Part shown: in pieces, positions 47,503-57,300 of the stretch
Layout of the letters: the number at the start of each line of letters is the position of its first letter
Position numbering within the stretch: the first letter of the stretch is position 1
Notes under the pieces: generated by a model
Seen by the model: the letters and a program-made list of their open reading frames with translations, nothing else
The model's database searches: none
What the model was told of the DNA's origin: nothing
Assembly: GCA_024655865.1 (NCBI GenBank)
Contig: JANLFM010000006.1
Span: 16,183-80,182 of the forward strand
Direction: 5' to 3'
DNA from: Caldisericota bacterium
GTDB taxonomy: Bacteria; Caldisericota; JANLFM01
DNA: 64,000 nt
Position numbers and translations under genes: made by a program

Positions 47503-47870
47503 GGTCCCCTGGTTATTCGGGCCCCTTCGATTCCAGCTTTATAGAGCAGCCCGCAGGTAACGAAAACGATGAGCTCCGTGGATACTACGATTACTCCTTT
47601 TTCCTCACCCAGGGTTATCGTTTCCCAGGGGACGCGTTTCCCTCGGGCCACGATTACCATGGGAATGTCCATGAGCACTGCTGTGCGCACAATTTGAGGG
47701 TTAGTTATTCCTGTTATCAGGACCACGTCCCTGTTCTCTACTTCCACCAGGGCCAGTACGTCGCTTAATAAGTCAGCGGCGAATCCCCTTTTAATTTCCA
47801 CTTCATCCAGCAGGGATTCTCCGGATAGGACTTTGCCCTTAATTAAGCTCACAATTTCTCGCGCTCTCAT
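47499..47870 (-). CDS. DRTGG-domain protein (second copy)
   Basis: Paralog of 45464..45811 (..VVLITGITN..). Confidence 0.55.
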   Translation of the reverse strand: MRAREIVSLIKGKVLSGESLLDEVEIKRGFAADLLSDVLALVEVENRDVVLITGITNPQIVRTAVLMDIPMVIVARGKRVPWETITLGEEKGVIVVSTELIVFVTCGLLYKAGIEGARITRGP

Positions 47871-47887
47871 CTTCCCTATTCTACACC

Positions 47888-48611
47888 AAAAATAGGGACA
47901 GTCCCTATTTTTTTCTGGGCCTTCCCCTCAGCTTCGGAAGCGCCTCCTGGCCGAGCCTTTTTATAATTTCCTCCGCCCACCCTCTGCTTCCGAAAGGGAC
48001 CTGCCTGTTGGCACAGGCTCTCAATTTTTCCAGCTCTCCGGGGCTTACTGCTTCCATGACATAGGTGCCCCAGTCTCGGGGAAGAGGGACCGGGCTGGCA
48101 TCAAGAAGGGGGATCTTCACGTTTCCCCCTTCCCTTTCCCGGAAAGAAGACCACTTCCACTCGCCAGGAAGAGAGGCCAATCCCGCCCTCAAGGGATTGG
48201 CCTCCACATAGCGCATAACCATGAGAAAATGCTCGTCCTCCTGAACGAGAAAGCATCGGAAGCGGTCCTGCCAGATGTGGCCGCTCGTCCCATGCTCCTT
48301 GTGATAGCGGCGAACATGGCTGGTGCAAAGCCAGTGCATTCCCCGGCTCAGGTCTTTACCCTCTGGAGAAGAGAGGACCAGATGAAAGTGGTTGGGCATC
48401 AGGCAATAAGAAAAAATTGACCAGAAATACTTTTCCTTCGTTTCCTTAAGCAGCTGGAGGAAGGAGAGATAGTCCTTTTCCTTGTAGAAAACGGTCTGCC
48501 TGCCATTCCCCCGGTTGAGCACGTGGTAAATTGCTCCCCCGATGACATTTCGAGCTGTCCGTGGCATCCTCAGTTTCCTCCTTCAAAAATAGGGACAGTC
48601 CCTATTTTTTT
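47888..48611. mobile_element. REP-RAYT-REP unit: IS200-like REP-associated tyrosine transposase flanked by palindromic REP hairpins
   Basis: The palindrome AAAAATAGGGACAGTCCCTATTTTT occurs at 47888..47914 and 48585..48611 in the same orientation. Each is followed by TCTGGGCC. Confidence 0.7.
47905..48567 (-). CDS. REP-associated tyrosine transposase (RAYT, IS200/IS605 TnpA-like)
   Basis: HUH motif (MPNHFHLV). 'YHVLNRG' near the N-terminus. A downstream catalytic-Tyr region (RYVEANPLRAGL). The TAG stop lies inside REP-A. Confidence 0.8.
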   Translation of the reverse strand: MPRTARNVIGGAIYHVLNRGNGRQTVFYKEKDYLSFLQLLKETKEKYFWSIFSYCLMPNHFHLVLSSPEGKDLSRGMHWLCTSHVRRYHKEHGTSGHIWQDRFRCFLVQEDEHFLMVMRYVEANPLRAGLASLPGEWKWSSFREREGGNVKIPLLDASPVPLPRDWGTYVMEAVSPGELEKLRACANRQVPFGSRGWAEEIIKRLGQEALPKLRGRPRKK

Positions 48612-48650
48612 CTGGGCCCGGCGATCCGCTTCCAGAACCTCTTCCAGAGC
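48585..48650. repeat. REP hairpin plus 39-bp copy of the dxr 3' tail (direct repeat of 52750..52815)
   Basis: About 66 bp with roughly four mismatches to the copy at the true dxr 3' end. The repeat includes GATCCGCTTCCAGAACCTCTTCCAGAG. Confidence 0.8.
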
Positions 48651-48844
48651 TACCCTTCTAATAAATCCAGCGCCCCAGCAGCCAAAGTCTCTGAATCTCT
48701 GGAAATCTCTGAGAAGAATTATAGCAAAACTGGGGCCGCATCCCTTGGGAGCATGAATCCTTTGACGAACAAGCCTTTAATCGCTTTCACCCATTCTTTA
48801 AATTTCGGCAAAAAATCAAAAAACTGAAAATCTGAAAATCGACA

Positions 48845-48882
48845 GGCTGCAAATAAGGAGGGGCGCGCCCTGCGCCCCTCCC
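48845..48882 (-). terminator. GC-rich hairpin terminator downstream of the nucleotidase gene
   Basis: GGAGGGGCGC-gccct-GCGCCCCTCC. On the minus strand it is followed by UUAUUUG. Confidence 0.5.
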
Positions 48883-48910
48883 AAAAAAATGGGGACAGTC
48901 CCCAGTTTAT
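48883..48910. repeat. Degenerate REP-like palindrome (AAAAAAATGGGGACAGTCCCCA)
   Basis: Variant of the REP core at the 3' end of the nucleotidase gene. Confidence 0.45.
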
Positions 48911-51900
48911 GGGGCTATCGTAATCCGGCCCTCAATGGCTGCCGTGATGGGGGTATTGGCGGGAGGAGTCCCGAACTTCCAGAGGATATAATCGATGAAC
49001 GCTGTGAGATCGCGAATGGCGGTGCGCTGGACGTTAGTCCCCTGGAGGAAGACCGTAAATTTGTCTCCGCCTGTGGCGATGAATTCATTACACACCACAC
49101 TGTACTTAGTTGCTGGATCGATAGGCGTCCCGTCCTCCAGGGTCAGGGAGACAATCCTTGATCCCGGAGGGTTGGTTGGCCTGTAAGAGTACTTGATTCC
49201 GGAGATCTGAAGCGTCCTCGTGGCAGTCTGCGTGGGCGGCCACTGCTGCTCGAGAAGGGCGGCAATCTGGGCCCCCGTGAGCTCCATAGTCACAAGCTCG
49301 TTATCGAAGGGCTGGATGGTATAGAGGTCTCCCCAGGTCACATCCTTGGGATAGGAAGTGCCCACAAGGTCCGCGCGGATTCCGCCCGGGTTCATGAAGG
49401 CAATCTGGGTCCCCGTTTTCCACCTCTGGGAATCAGCGATCAGGTTGCCCAGAGCGGACTCCCCAGCGGTATTCTGAGTTCGTGTGATGGGGCCGGTTAT
49501 AGTCCCCAGTACCTGGTTGACGATGGGGGCAATAGCGTCCTTGTAGTACTGGACTAAGGCCGCGATTTCGGGATCAGGTGTGATGCCTGCATTATATGTG
49601 GTGATCACGGAGAGGTCATAGGAGAAGAGCTTGTTGTTCAGGCGGTCCACCCGGAGTTTAGCTACTCCTAAAGCGGTCCCGGAGGAGTAAGCCTGGGTGA
49701 TGGGTATGGAGTTCGCCGTCCCGGCGATATTGGTGTGGGAGTGTCCGGAAACGATGTAATCCACACCCGTGAGGTTCTGGGCCAGGGTTGCTACTTCACC
49801 CGTGATCACCTTGGTCGTGGTATCCTGCGTTCCTCCCATGTGCGCCAGGACGATAATCACGTTCACACCAGAGGCTCGCAATTGCTGCGCTAACTGGTTA
49901 ATTATCGGCGCCGGATCCCTGAATTCCAGTCCCGCAAGGTTTCCCGCCATGACGATTGAGGGGGTCTCCAGCGTGGTGGCTCCGATCAATCCGATCTTCA
50001 GGCCCTTGGCCTGGATAATCGTGTAGGGCTTAATCCAGGAAGGTCGATCATTGGTACCAGCCGTGAAGATGTTGCAGGATAAACGGGGGAAATCAGCCTG
50101 GGCAACGCGCTCCTGGAGCACTGCCTGCCCCCAGTCGAACTCATGGTTACCGAATGCGGAAGCCTGATATCCCATGTGATTGAAGACGTCGATCACGGAT
50201 TCACCCTTGACCAGATTGGAGATGGGCGTTCCCTGCATGGTGTCCCCGGCGTCCACAAGGATTGTTCCTAAGGGATTCTGAGCGCGATAGTTTTTGATAT
50301 ACGTCATATTGTACGCAGCGCCGCCAGCCCACTGCCCGGATACTGTCTTGGGCTCAAGCTGTCCGTGGAAGTCGTTGGTGGAAAGGACGGTTAAAGAGGG
50401 ATACCTGGTCTCAGAGATCCACTGGAGTGCGGTCCAGTTGGTCAGGGCGGCTTTAGGATTAAGAGAGGACTGTCCGTAGAAAAGTCCTATCTGTATACTG
50501 TAAGTGTAAGCCGAGGCGGACCAAGGGGAAATGCTCTTATAGTCGCCAAAATCGTCCAGAAGCGTCCAGTCAACTGAAGGAGAAACAATACCGCTCATCG
50601 CCTGGTTCACGAGGAAAACCTGCGCACGCTCGGCATCAAAGGCCGTAGGCAGGTCTCGGGACAGAAGCAGGTATCTTTTGCCTGTTTTCTTATCAAGAAC
50701 AGTCACATTGGACGGCCCGCCTTTAAGACTTAAATTGGCATTAACAAAAAGATCGTTTGCGCTATAAGAGAACTTTAAAACGCTTGAGGTAGCAAATATC
50801 CTGGAAGCAGAACGGACGCCGTAGGTTTTCTCCCCCGCAAAGAACTGAAACTTCTTGTTCGATACATCCACCACAATCGCCGTTTTTCTTGAGGGATCCG
50901 CAAAAAGGTACGTCTTTTCGCTGGGCTCACCAAAAGCCAACCCCAGAAGCGCAAGATAAGAATCCTTTGTTATCACCTCATTGGGGCGGAGGAAGTTATC
51001 CGGGTAAAGACTCCAGTTCTTGATGAAGATAGCATTGGGGTCAAGCGGTGAATGAGCCTCTACCCATTGCACAATCAGATCCCTGACTTCCGTTGTGGAG
51101 CTGTAGAGTACGGTGGCGCCTCTGGGTACGAACTGCCCCGTGGCACGGTAGTTGTTCACCGCTACCCTGATCTTCTGGCTCATAGAGATGGGCACGCCGT
51201 TTAATTTCAAATCGAAGATCCTCTGGCCAGGCGGCTTTGTGATGTCAATCTTATATTGAATCCCGGACCACATGTCGTAGTTGTAATCCCTAACAGCAGG
51301 ATTCTTGGTAACCCCCGTGGGGCTGAAATCGTAGGTATTGAAGTACTGAGCCGTCCACTCCAAGACGTCTTTGACAATTTGACCCGTGGCCTCAACCACG
51401 TAAAGAGTGTTGTCGTAAATATAAAGACCGTAAATGTCCTTTAGTCTGATGGGGCCTTGTGCTAATTGTGCCGCATCAGTGAACAGAGCAGCGCAGGAAG
51501 CATCAACGGGATAACCGGCGGCTGCAGCCGCTTCAGTTTGTACCAGGTTAATCAGATCAGCCGTGGGACCATCCTGAATGCGAGCGGGGAATCCACCGGG
51601 GAAGGGCCCAAGAGCCTCTCCCACCGGGGTGTTCACGTAAGTCCTTGTGGCATCATGATAGGGTTGCATGGTAGCAAGGAAGCCGGAATCCTCCGCCACG
51701 GCATCCATGGATTGAACAACTCCGGACTTGGAGGAGACCGTCCAATCGGAGCCCGATCCGGTGAGATTCAGCGTGACATCGCAGACGTCCCTTCCGGCGT
51801 TGCGCGGGGCTACGATTAATACTCCATTAACCGTGGTATTCACCACCACGTGAGCGTGTCCCGCGAGGATAACATCCACTCCAGAAACGTTATTGGCCAG

Positions 51901-52668
51901 ATCAAGGATGAAGTTCTCCTCGTGTCCATAGCCGTAGGTGACATCGGTTCCCGAATGGGCGGCGATCACAATCACATCTGCTCCAGCCGCTCTCATCTGG
52001 GGGACATAAGTATTTGCTTCCGCAACCGGATCGGTGAAGCTCAGCCCGGCGATGTTTTCCGGTTTCTCCCAGTGTGGGATGGCCTGGTTGGTCAGTCCTA
52101 AAATTCCCACCTGCACTCCTCCGATATCCTTGATTGTGTAGGGAGTGTAGGCCGGGGTATTGTCCGCTGTTTTCCTCACGTTGGCCGCAAGAACGGGGAA
52201 GCTGGCCTCAGAGATGAACTTTCCCAAGACAGTCTGGCCGAAGTTGAACTCGTGATTGCCCAGGGTCATGGCATCGTAGCCGATGTAGTTCATAGCTACC
52301 GCCATGGGATTGGGATCTGTGGGACGAAGGACGTTATAAAGGTAGTTTACCGGAGTCCCCTGAATGGTGTCTCCGTTGTCAATCACAAGGGTATAAGGGT
52401 TGGCGGCCCTTACCTGGTTAACGTAGGTACAAATTTTTGCCATCCCTCGCTTGGAGCTCGTGATGGCGGTGTCGGAAAAGTAATCCCAGTTCTGAATCTG
52501 ACCGTGGATGTCGGATGTCCCGATCAACCTCAGGGTCCTGGATTCAGCTGCACTTGCAGGACCAACGGTGAAGGTGAAAGAAAAGAAAAGGACGAAAGCG
52601 AGAAGAAAACTGAGAAACCTAACCCCTTTTGACTCTCTCAATCTCAATTGACATACCCCCCTCTGCAA
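48907..52668 (-). CDS. Secreted tandem (2x) UshA-like 5'-nucleotidase / 2',3'-cyclic-nucleotide phosphodiesterase (1253 aa)
   Basis: Signal peptide. Two full calcineurin-like metallophosphatase modules plus 5'-nucleotidase C-terminal modules. First module: GTSDIHG..NGDTIQGTP..GNHEFN. Second module: STNDFHG..AGDTMQGTP..GNHEFD. Confidence 0.8.
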   Translation of the reverse strand: MQRGVCQLRLRESKGVRFLSFLLAFVLFFSFTFTVGPASAAESRTLRLIGTSDIHGQIQNWDYFSDTAITSSKRGMAKICTYVNQVRAANPYTLVIDNGDTIQGTPVNYLYNVLRPTDPNPMAVAMNYIGYDAMTLGNHEFNFGQTVLGKFISEASFPVLAANVRKTADNTPAYTPYTIKDIGGVQVGILGLTNQAIPHWEKPENIAGLSFTDPVAEANTYVPQMRAAGADVIVIAAHSGTDVTYGYGHEENFILDLANNVSGVDVILAGHAHVVVNTTVNGVLIVAPRNAGRDVCDVTLNLTGSGSDWTVSSKSGVVQSMDAVAEDSGFLATMQPYHDATRTYVNTPVGEALGPFPGGFPARIQDGPTADLINLVQTEAAAAAGYPVDASCAALFTDAAQLAQGPIRLKDIYGLYIYDNTLYVVEATGQIVKDVLEWTAQYFNTYDFSPTGVTKNPAVRDYNYDMWSGIQYKIDITKPPGQRIFDLKLNGVPISMSQKIRVAVNNYRATGQFVPRGATVLYSSTTEVRDLIVQWVEAHSPLDPNAIFIKNWSLYPDNFLRPNEVITKDSYLALLGLAFGEPSEKTYLFADPSRKTAIVVDVSNKKFQFFAGEKTYGVRSASRIFATSSVLKFSYSANDLFVNANLSLKGGPSNVTVLDKKTGKRYLLLSRDLPTAFDAERAQVFLVNQAMSGIVSPSVDWTLLDDFGDYKSISPWSASAYTYSIQIGLFYGQSSLNPKAALTNWTALQWISETRYPSLTVLSTNDFHGQLEPKTVSGQWAGGAAYNMTYIKNYRAQNPLGTILVDAGDTMQGTPISNLVKGESVIDVFNHMGYQASAFGNHEFDWGQAVLQERVAQADFPRLSCNIFTAGTNDRPSWIKPYTIIQAKGLKIGLIGATTLETPSIVMAGNLAGLEFRDPAPIINQLAQQLRASGVNVIIVLAHMGGTQDTTTKVITGEVATLAQNLTGVDYIVSGHSHTNIAGTANSIPITQAYSSGTALGVAKLRVDRLNNKLFSYDLSVITTYNAGITPDPEIAALVQYYKDAIAPIVNQVLGTITGPITRTQNTAGESALGNLIADSQRWKTGTQIAFMNPGGIRADLVGTSYPKDVTWGDLYTIQPFDNELVTMELTGAQIAALLEQQWPPTQTATRTLQISGIKYSYRPTNPPGSRIVSLTLEDGTPIDPATKYSVVCNEFIATGGDKFTVFLQGTNVQRTAIRDLTAFIDYILWKFGTPPANTPITAAIEGRITIAP

Positions 52669-52744
52669 AATTCGGTTTTCAAGTTTTTCAAGCTTTTTCT
52701 CAAAAACCAGGATATTTTTAGTTTAAAACCACCAAAAGAAAAGT

Positions 52745-53911
52745 TCAATAAAAAATAGGGACTGTCCCTATTTTTTTTCGGGCCCAGCGATCCGCTTCCA
52801 GAACCTCTTCCAGAGTCTCCCCCGAAAGGGGCACGTGGCAGGACAGCACTTCCTCCACTACTTGAACGATTCTGGTAAACGAAATCCTTCCCCCAAGGAA
52901 GGCCTCAACCGCTACCTCATCCGCGGCAGAGAGCACGGTGGGTGCGGTGCCTCCCATCTCGAGGGCCAGATATGCAAGCCTCAGAGCCGGGAAGCGCTCC
53001 AGGTCAGCCCTTTGGAACTCTAACTTCCCCACCTCCGCCAGATCCAGTGTACGGACGAGGGAGGGAAGCCTCTCCGGATAAAGGAGGGCATACTGAATGG
53101 GAAGCCTCATATCAGGGACCGAGAGCTGGGCCAGCATAGCCCCGTCCTTGAACCGAACCAAGGAATGAACCACGCTCTGGGGATGAATTAGGACCTCGAT
53201 CTTCTCCGGAGGCAGTCCAAACAAATAGTGGGCCTCGATCACCTCCAATCCTTTATTCATCAAAGTGGCAGAATCTACCGTGATCTTTTTCCCCATCTTC
53301 CAGACAGGGTGAGCCAGGGCCTCCTCCACCGTCACCCTTTCAAGCTCGGCCGGGTTCCGGCGCCAGAATGGTCCCCCGCTGGCGGTGAGGACGATCTTGT
53401 CCACAGCCTCCATCGACTCCCCTTGCAGGCACTGGAAAATCGCCGAGTGCTCGGAGTCCACAGGGATCAAGCGCCCTCCCCCTTCTTTGATTGCCCTCTC
53501 TACCAGCTTCCCCCCGGCAACCAGCGCCTCCTTCGTAGCCAGAGCTACGGTCTTCCCTCTTCTCAAAGCCTCCAGAGTGGGTGCCAGGCCCGCGATCCCC
53601 ACAACCGCCACGAGCACAAGATCCACATCCTCCCTCGTTACGAGCTCCACGAGCCCCTCCTCCCCCAGATAGAGGCCGGTTCCGGGGGGAAGGAATGAGC
53701 CGAGAAGGTTCGCTCTCGAAGGATCGGTGGAGGCCGGGTGGGTAAGTGCCACAGCTTTTGGATGATGCCGCAACACGATCTTTCCCAGCTCTTCCACGGA
53801 GCGGGAAGCAGAAACCCCTACGAGCTCCAGGCGCTCGGGGAAGCGCTCCACGACCTCAAGAGCCTGTCTGCCAATGGAACCTGTGGCGCCTAAAATTGAA
53901 ATGCGCTTCAT
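52745..53911 (-). CDS. dxr: 1-deoxy-D-xylulose 5-phosphate reductoisomerase
   Basis: N-terminal 'ISILGATGSIGRQALEV' NADPH motif and overall Dxr architecture. The last 12 codons (..KKIGTVPIFY*) are encoded by the REP element. Confidence 0.9.
   Translation of the reverse strand: MKRISILGATGSIGRQALEVVERFPERLELVGVSASRSVEELGKIVLRHHPKAVALTHPASTDPSRANLLGSFLPPGTGLYLGEEGLVELVTREDVDLVLVAVVGIAGLAPTLEALRRGKTVALATKEALVAGGKLVERAIKEGGGRLIPVDSEHSAIFQCLQGESMEAVDKIVLTASGGPFWRRNPAELERVTVEEALAHPVWKMGKKITVDSATLMNKGLEVIEAHYLFGLPPEKIEVLIHPQSVVHSLVRFKDGAMLAQLSVPDMRLPIQYALLYPERLPSLVRTLDLAEVGKLEFQRADLERFPALRLAYLALEMGGTAPTVLSAADEVAVEAFLGGRISFTRIVQVVEEVLSCHVPLSGETLEEVLEADRWARKKIGTVPIFY
52750..52815. repeat. REP hairpin embedded in the dxr 3' end (partner of 48585..48650)
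   Basis: AAAAAATAGGGACTGTCCCTATTTTTTTT followed by CGGGCCCAGCGATCCGCTTCCAGAACCTCTTCCAGAG. The dxr reading frame passes through the hairpin. Confidence 0.8.
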
Positions 53912-54390
53912 ACACAGGATTATAACTTTATTATTAATAAAAAGGGCGGTCCCTACTGCACTTTTTCACATGCGCCCGGACAATAGGATTAATTTCCACT
54001 TTCATGTGAGCAGTCGCAGTGGCAGTGGTCCTTTTAAATTAAATGCTTCTTTTATACCTCTTCGAAGACTTTAGTGTTCCCTATCCATCCTTAAAACAGG
54101 GTGCTGGCTTAACCGCTCCAGGACCGTTTACCGGAAGCCCGAACTAATTCTCAACCCTATTCCGTTACACTGCTTTTTAATCCTTGAAGTCTTAAGATCC
54201 TTCAACTACAGAAATTTTCAAAAATAATTTGCTACTTCGCTGGAAATGCCTATAATAAATGCCTATAATTCCGTTAAAAGCACGTTCAGAATCGGAGGGC
54301 AAAGAAAGCAAAAAGAAAGAAGGGGGGTTTGTAGTAAAAAATAATTTTAAATTTAAGCTAAAAGCCTTTTAAGGAAAGGAGGTTCGAATT

Positions 54391-57300
54391 TTGAAGAGAT
54401 CAAAAGTTATTTCGCTTGTAGCCATTGTCTTTCTCCTTGTCTTTTTCACCACCAGTATTGGCATGGCTACCCCCTTGGTTACCCCTGGCCGCACCATTCC
54501 CGAATCCTGGAAGGTGTCTCCGCAGAAAATCGTGGAAAATCACCTTGCTCAAGCAAGCAAGGTGGATTCCTCTCTATCCAAATCCAGTCCGGTTTTCCAG
54601 AAGTCGCTTCCCGAGGAGGGTATACAGGCGCCTGTGCCTGATGATGGCGTGGCCAAAGGAAATTTCCGGGTGGAAGAGGACGGAAAAATCACGGCCATTA
54701 TTGGTCTGAAGGAAGCGCCCGTGGCCGCAGTTCAGGACAAGAACCTGATCAGCAGGAACCTTCTCAAAGTAAAAAGTGAGCAGATCATGGCCGAGGACGT
54801 CCTGGCCTCCATCGGGGATGTCGAGGTTAAGGAGAAGCTTCAGTACGCTTACAACGGCCTGGTCGTTCGCTTCCCCAAAGAGAAGCTTTCGGAAATCCAA
54901 AAGCGCTTCGGCGCGGAGAACATTCACCCCTCCAAGACCTATTACCTGGACATGGCCTACAGCACCGTGCTCACAGGAGCCACGACTGTCTGGTCTAACC
55001 TCGGTTACGACGGTACGGGAGTGGTGGTAGGCGTTGTGGACACCGGTGTGGACTACAATCACCCTGATTTAGGTGGAGGATTCGGCAACAAGGTAATCGC
55101 TATGATTGACACCGGAGACGACGACAACGACGCTATGGATTCAAACGGTCACGGCACGCACGTTGCTGGCACAATGGCGGCAAAGGCCGCAGCACCGGGT
55201 GGAGTCACAGGCATGGCTCCGGAAGCGAAAATCATTGCAGCCAAGATCGTAAAAGGCGGGGAGGGCTCTGCTTCGAACGCTGACATCGCTGCTGCCTTCG
55301 ACTGGATGCTCCAGAAGAAGTTGGAGGGTGTAAATCTGGTCTCCATCAATATGTCCTTCGGCTTCCCCGGTGGCTGGAACAACCCCACTGATCCCGAGCA
55401 GGTGGCGATCCAGAACTGCGTGGATAACGGGATTTTTGTCTCCCTCTCCGCAGGAAACGAGTACTGGTCGGTTTATCCCTATAACCAGGTTTACTACTAC
55501 GGGGAAAATTACCCTAGGACCACCTGGTACCCCGCCGACATCAGCACTGTCGGCTCTCCTGCTACTACACCTGGTGCAGCTTCAGTCGCCGCTTCCTGGA
55601 ACACGAATTCTATGTATCCCAGCTTCCTCGAAGTAACGGGGTCAAGGCGCATTCCTTATGTCGTAGGAAGCCCCTCCCCTGACCCTGTAAATGTCTTTGG
55701 CACATCCAGCCAATTGGAGTATGTTTACTGCGGCCTCGGCGGAACACCAGCGGATTTCCCCTCTTCAGTAGCAGGAAAGATCGCCCTGATTGAGAGAGGA
55801 GTGTACACATTCCTGACAAAGGTTCAAAATGCTCAGGCTGCTGGCGCTATCGGTGTGATTGTTTATAACAGCGCTGCCGGTGGGGAAGCTTTCGTCACCA
55901 TGGCGCTGGATGCGAGCGTCACCATTCCTGCGGTCTTTATCCGCAGAAGTGACGGCTTGTATCTTCAGGGTCTTACCAGCCCACCGGCAAAGGTGCAGTT
56001 TGACGGTCAGGTGACCGCGGTAGCCAACCCCACTGCCGACAAGATGGTGGACTTCTCCTCCTGGGGTACTGACCCCAATTTGAACTTTAAACCCGAGATC
56101 GCGGCTCCCGGTGGCGGAATCTGGTCCACAGTGCCTCTGGCCATGGGCGGGTACGCCAACTACTCCGGAACATCCATGTCCTCCCCTCATGTGGGCGGCG
56201 CTGCTGCTTTGATCATGCAGGCTCATCCCGACTGGACGCCCGCTCAGGTTAAGGCTGCCTTAATGAACACGGCTACGCTCCTCACAGATCCTACAACCGG
56301 CCTTCCCTACAGCCCCAGGCTCCAGGGCGCCGGCCGTATCAACGTCTATGACGCTCTCCTCACTCCGGTTTTCGTCGCCGACAACACCACGAATTACCCC
56401 GCTGAGCCCCTGGGAGACACAGATTCTGCTACCTCGAAGAGCTTCACTTTAAAGCTCACCAATACCGCAACTTATGACATCACTTACAATCTCAGCGCCA
56501 CCATCCAGAGGTATAGTACCACCCGCGTTCCTTACGCTCTTACTGGGGGAAGCGTTACCTTCCCGGGAGGCACTTCTGTGACAGTTCCCGCTGGGGGCAC
56601 AGCCCTGGTGGATGTAATAGTTAGCGTGGCGGGAAACATTACCTACGAGAACATCTTTGTGGACGGGTTCGTGAACTTCACCCCTCAAGGGGCGACGGTT
56701 CCCGAGCTCCACGTTCCCTACACCCTCTTCTGGGGTGACTGGCAGGATACCAGATACACGGAAGACTGGGCGCATAACCCGGTAATCGATCCTCCTCCCG
56801 ATGATCCCACAGGCTGGTGGTGGTGGGGCTACACCTGGCTCTACACTCAGATGGGCACCTCCTACTACTACCTCGGTTACACATTCAGCGGCGACCTCGA
56901 CCGCAACGCCATCGCTATCTCTCCCAATGGGGACGGGATCTGGGATAACCTCTATCCCCTAATTTCCTTAATGAGGGGCACTCCCGAGACCTATGTTCAC
57001 AAGAACTTCAACCGCTATCCCTACTGGGATTCCTGGGACAACTGGTGGCTCTGGGCTCCTGCGCCAGGGGCGATCCCTGATGGCAACTACTTCCTGAGAT
57101 TTAAGGCTGAGATTCCGGGAACCCTCACCCAGCATTCCGGAATTTACCAGACGGTTGACCTGCCCTTCATCGTGGATACGGCGGTACCCCAGGTGAACGT
57201 CTCTACCAGCATTTCAAAGGTCCCCTCCGGTTCTTACGACTTCACCATTAACTGGACTGCCTCCGACGACAGGAGCGGCCTCTGGGGGTTCGACCTCTAC

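Noticed and set aside
48523-48756. 77-aa plus-strand ORF 'SKIGTVPIFFWARR..'
   Set aside because: It is a read-through of the REP palindrome and duplicated dxr tail on the wrong strand. It is an artifact of the repeat, not a gene.
54375-54392. tRNA-like 'GGTTCGAAT' T-loop motif
   Set aside because: It is part of the GGAGG RBS region of the subtilase gene. No acceptor stem or anticodon arm can be folded around it.
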